Shown here: piece after piece, positions 37,647 to 38,213 of the stretch | Layout of the letters: the number at the start of each line of letters is the position of its first letter | How positions within the stretch are numbered: the first letter of the stretch is position 1 | Virus record (IMG/VR): IMGVR_UViG_3300044724_003433 | Location: 1-38,213 of that record | Length of the DNA: 38,213 nucleotides | Strand: one strand, 5' to 3' | Source: a virus | Lineage: Duplodnaviria; Caudoviricetes | Position numbers and translations under genes: made by a program | Notes under the pieces: generated by a model | Seen by the model: the letters and a program-made list of their open reading frames with translations, nothing else | Databases searched by the model: none | What the model was told of the DNA's origin: nothing

Positions 37647-37823
37647 CTACCACCTGACAGGATTACTCAGGTCCTCTACGTAACTATCAATCACCTGTTC
37701 ATTCCCTTCAAGTTCAAATAGATTCTCCCAATCAATATTATGTGGGTTGAAGTCTTCTAGAACCTCAATATCCAACGTAATTCTATAACGTTGCTTCTGT
37801 GCCTGACTGATAGCGACTGACAT
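37647..37823 (-). CDS. 58-aa acidic early hypothetical protein (not in the ORF track)
   Basis: MSVAISQAQKQRYRITLDIEVLEDFNPHNIDWENLFELEGNEQVIDSYVEDLSNPVRW*; AGGA RBS; has its own promoter. Confidence 0.8.
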   Translation of the reverse strand: MSVAISQAQKQRYRITLDIEVLEDFNPHNIDWENLFELEGNEQVIDSYVEDLSNPVRW

Positions 37824-37852
37824 GATTGGTGTCCTGTGGTGATGACTTTACT

Positions 37853-37881
37853 AGTATAGAATGCCTGAGGGATATTGTCAA
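37853..37881 (-). promoter_or_regulatory. sigma70-type early promoter
   Basis: TTGACA-17 bp-TATACT. Confidence 0.85.
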
Positions 37882-37893
37882 TCTTCCAATCAG

Positions 37894-37901
37894 TATTTAT
37901 A
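37894..37901 (-). promoter_or_regulatory. Late promoter consensus TATAAATA upstream of the early cluster
   Basis: Exact T4 late consensus in non-coding DNA. Confidence 0.45.
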
Positions 37902-37956
37902 AGAAACTTTGATATTTTTGCGTTGTCAATCCCTGTAAAAACTTATATCGGGGTGC

Positions 37957-37986
37957 TTGACATTTCTGCGGAGTTCGTGTTAGACT
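37957..37986 (+). promoter_or_regulatory. Divergent (+ strand) sigma70-like promoter aimed at the repeat array
   Basis: TTGACA-18 bp-TAGACT with an extended -10 TG. Confidence 0.55.
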
Positions 37987-38002
37987 GCTGCCTAAGATCA
38001 CT

Positions 38003-38126
38003 ACTCTATGACACATTTAAAAGCACATAAGTATCACTCTATGACACATTTAAATCATCATAAGTATCACTCTATGACACATTTAAAAGCACATAAGTTC
38101 AGGGTCTATATGACATTTAAACACAC
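38003..38126. repeat. Tandem 33-bp direct repeats (3 copies plus a degenerate 4th)
   Basis: ACTCTATGACACATTTAAAAGCACATAAGTATC at 38003, 38036 (variant ..TTTAAATCATCATAAG..) and 38069, then a degenerate TCTATATGACATTTAAACACAC. Confidence 0.95.
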
Positions 38127-38128
38127 AC

Positions 38129-38192
38129 TTTTCCACAGAAATACACCTTAATACACAGGTTATATAATACTTTTCCACAAAGGTGTGGAGAA
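38129..38192. promoter_or_regulatory. DnaA-box-like 9-mers
   Basis: TTTTCCACA at 38129-38137 and 38171-38179; inverted one-mismatch TTCTCCACA at 38184-38192. Confidence 0.55.
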
Positions 38193-38213
38193 CGTATATA
38201 CAATTAAAATCAC

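Noticed and set aside
183-37721. The many + strand ORFs of 60-171 aa in the track
   Set aside because: They are antisense shadows of long minus-strand genes, with no RBS, promoter or motif support
37924-37929. Extra minus-strand TTGACA (also one near 37210-37215)
   Set aside because: No acceptable -10 hexamer at 16-18 bp spacing
38003-38126. CRISPR or mini-array interpretation of the 33-bp repeats
   Set aside because: The repeats are directly adjacent with no unique spacers, and no cas genes are present in the window
1-38213. tRNA, rRNA or rho-independent terminators
   Set aside because: No cloverleaf or convincing GC hairpin plus U-tract found by eye in the short intergenic gaps; a dedicated scan was not possible

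Overview
This is a 38-kb segment of a T4-like myovirus, most likely a cyanophage (Kyanoviridae type). Almost every real gene lies on the minus strand. Reading in the direction of transcription (right to left), the window opens with a non-coding, origin-like end carrying 33-bp tandem repeats, TTTTCCACA boxes and an oppositely oriented promoter. Next come small early genes behind near-consensus sigma70 promoters, a GT-A glycosyltransferase and several small conserved ORFs. The late structural block follows: gp25, gp6, a 4077-aa gp7, gp8, a VrlC-like protein, three small ORFs, gp13, gp14, gp15 and gp16. The window ends in the variable island after gp16, with a 1212-aa coiled-coil/fibre/beta-helix protein, two small partners, a 666-aa mosaic protein and the start of a gene with a capsid-targeting-like N-terminus. 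NNTAAATA late promoters punctuate the late block. The most notable candidates are: (i) a pervasive G-[IVLF]-x-[ST] motif across the virion proteins next to a strongly promoted glycosyltransferase (possible virion O-glycosylation); (ii) a polyprotein-like head cargo with Glu at module junctions; (iii) an NblA-like 60-aa protein among structural genes; (iv) a repeat plus cyanobacterial-type DnaA-box locus. All family assignments come from motif recognition by eye and gene order; no database search was run.
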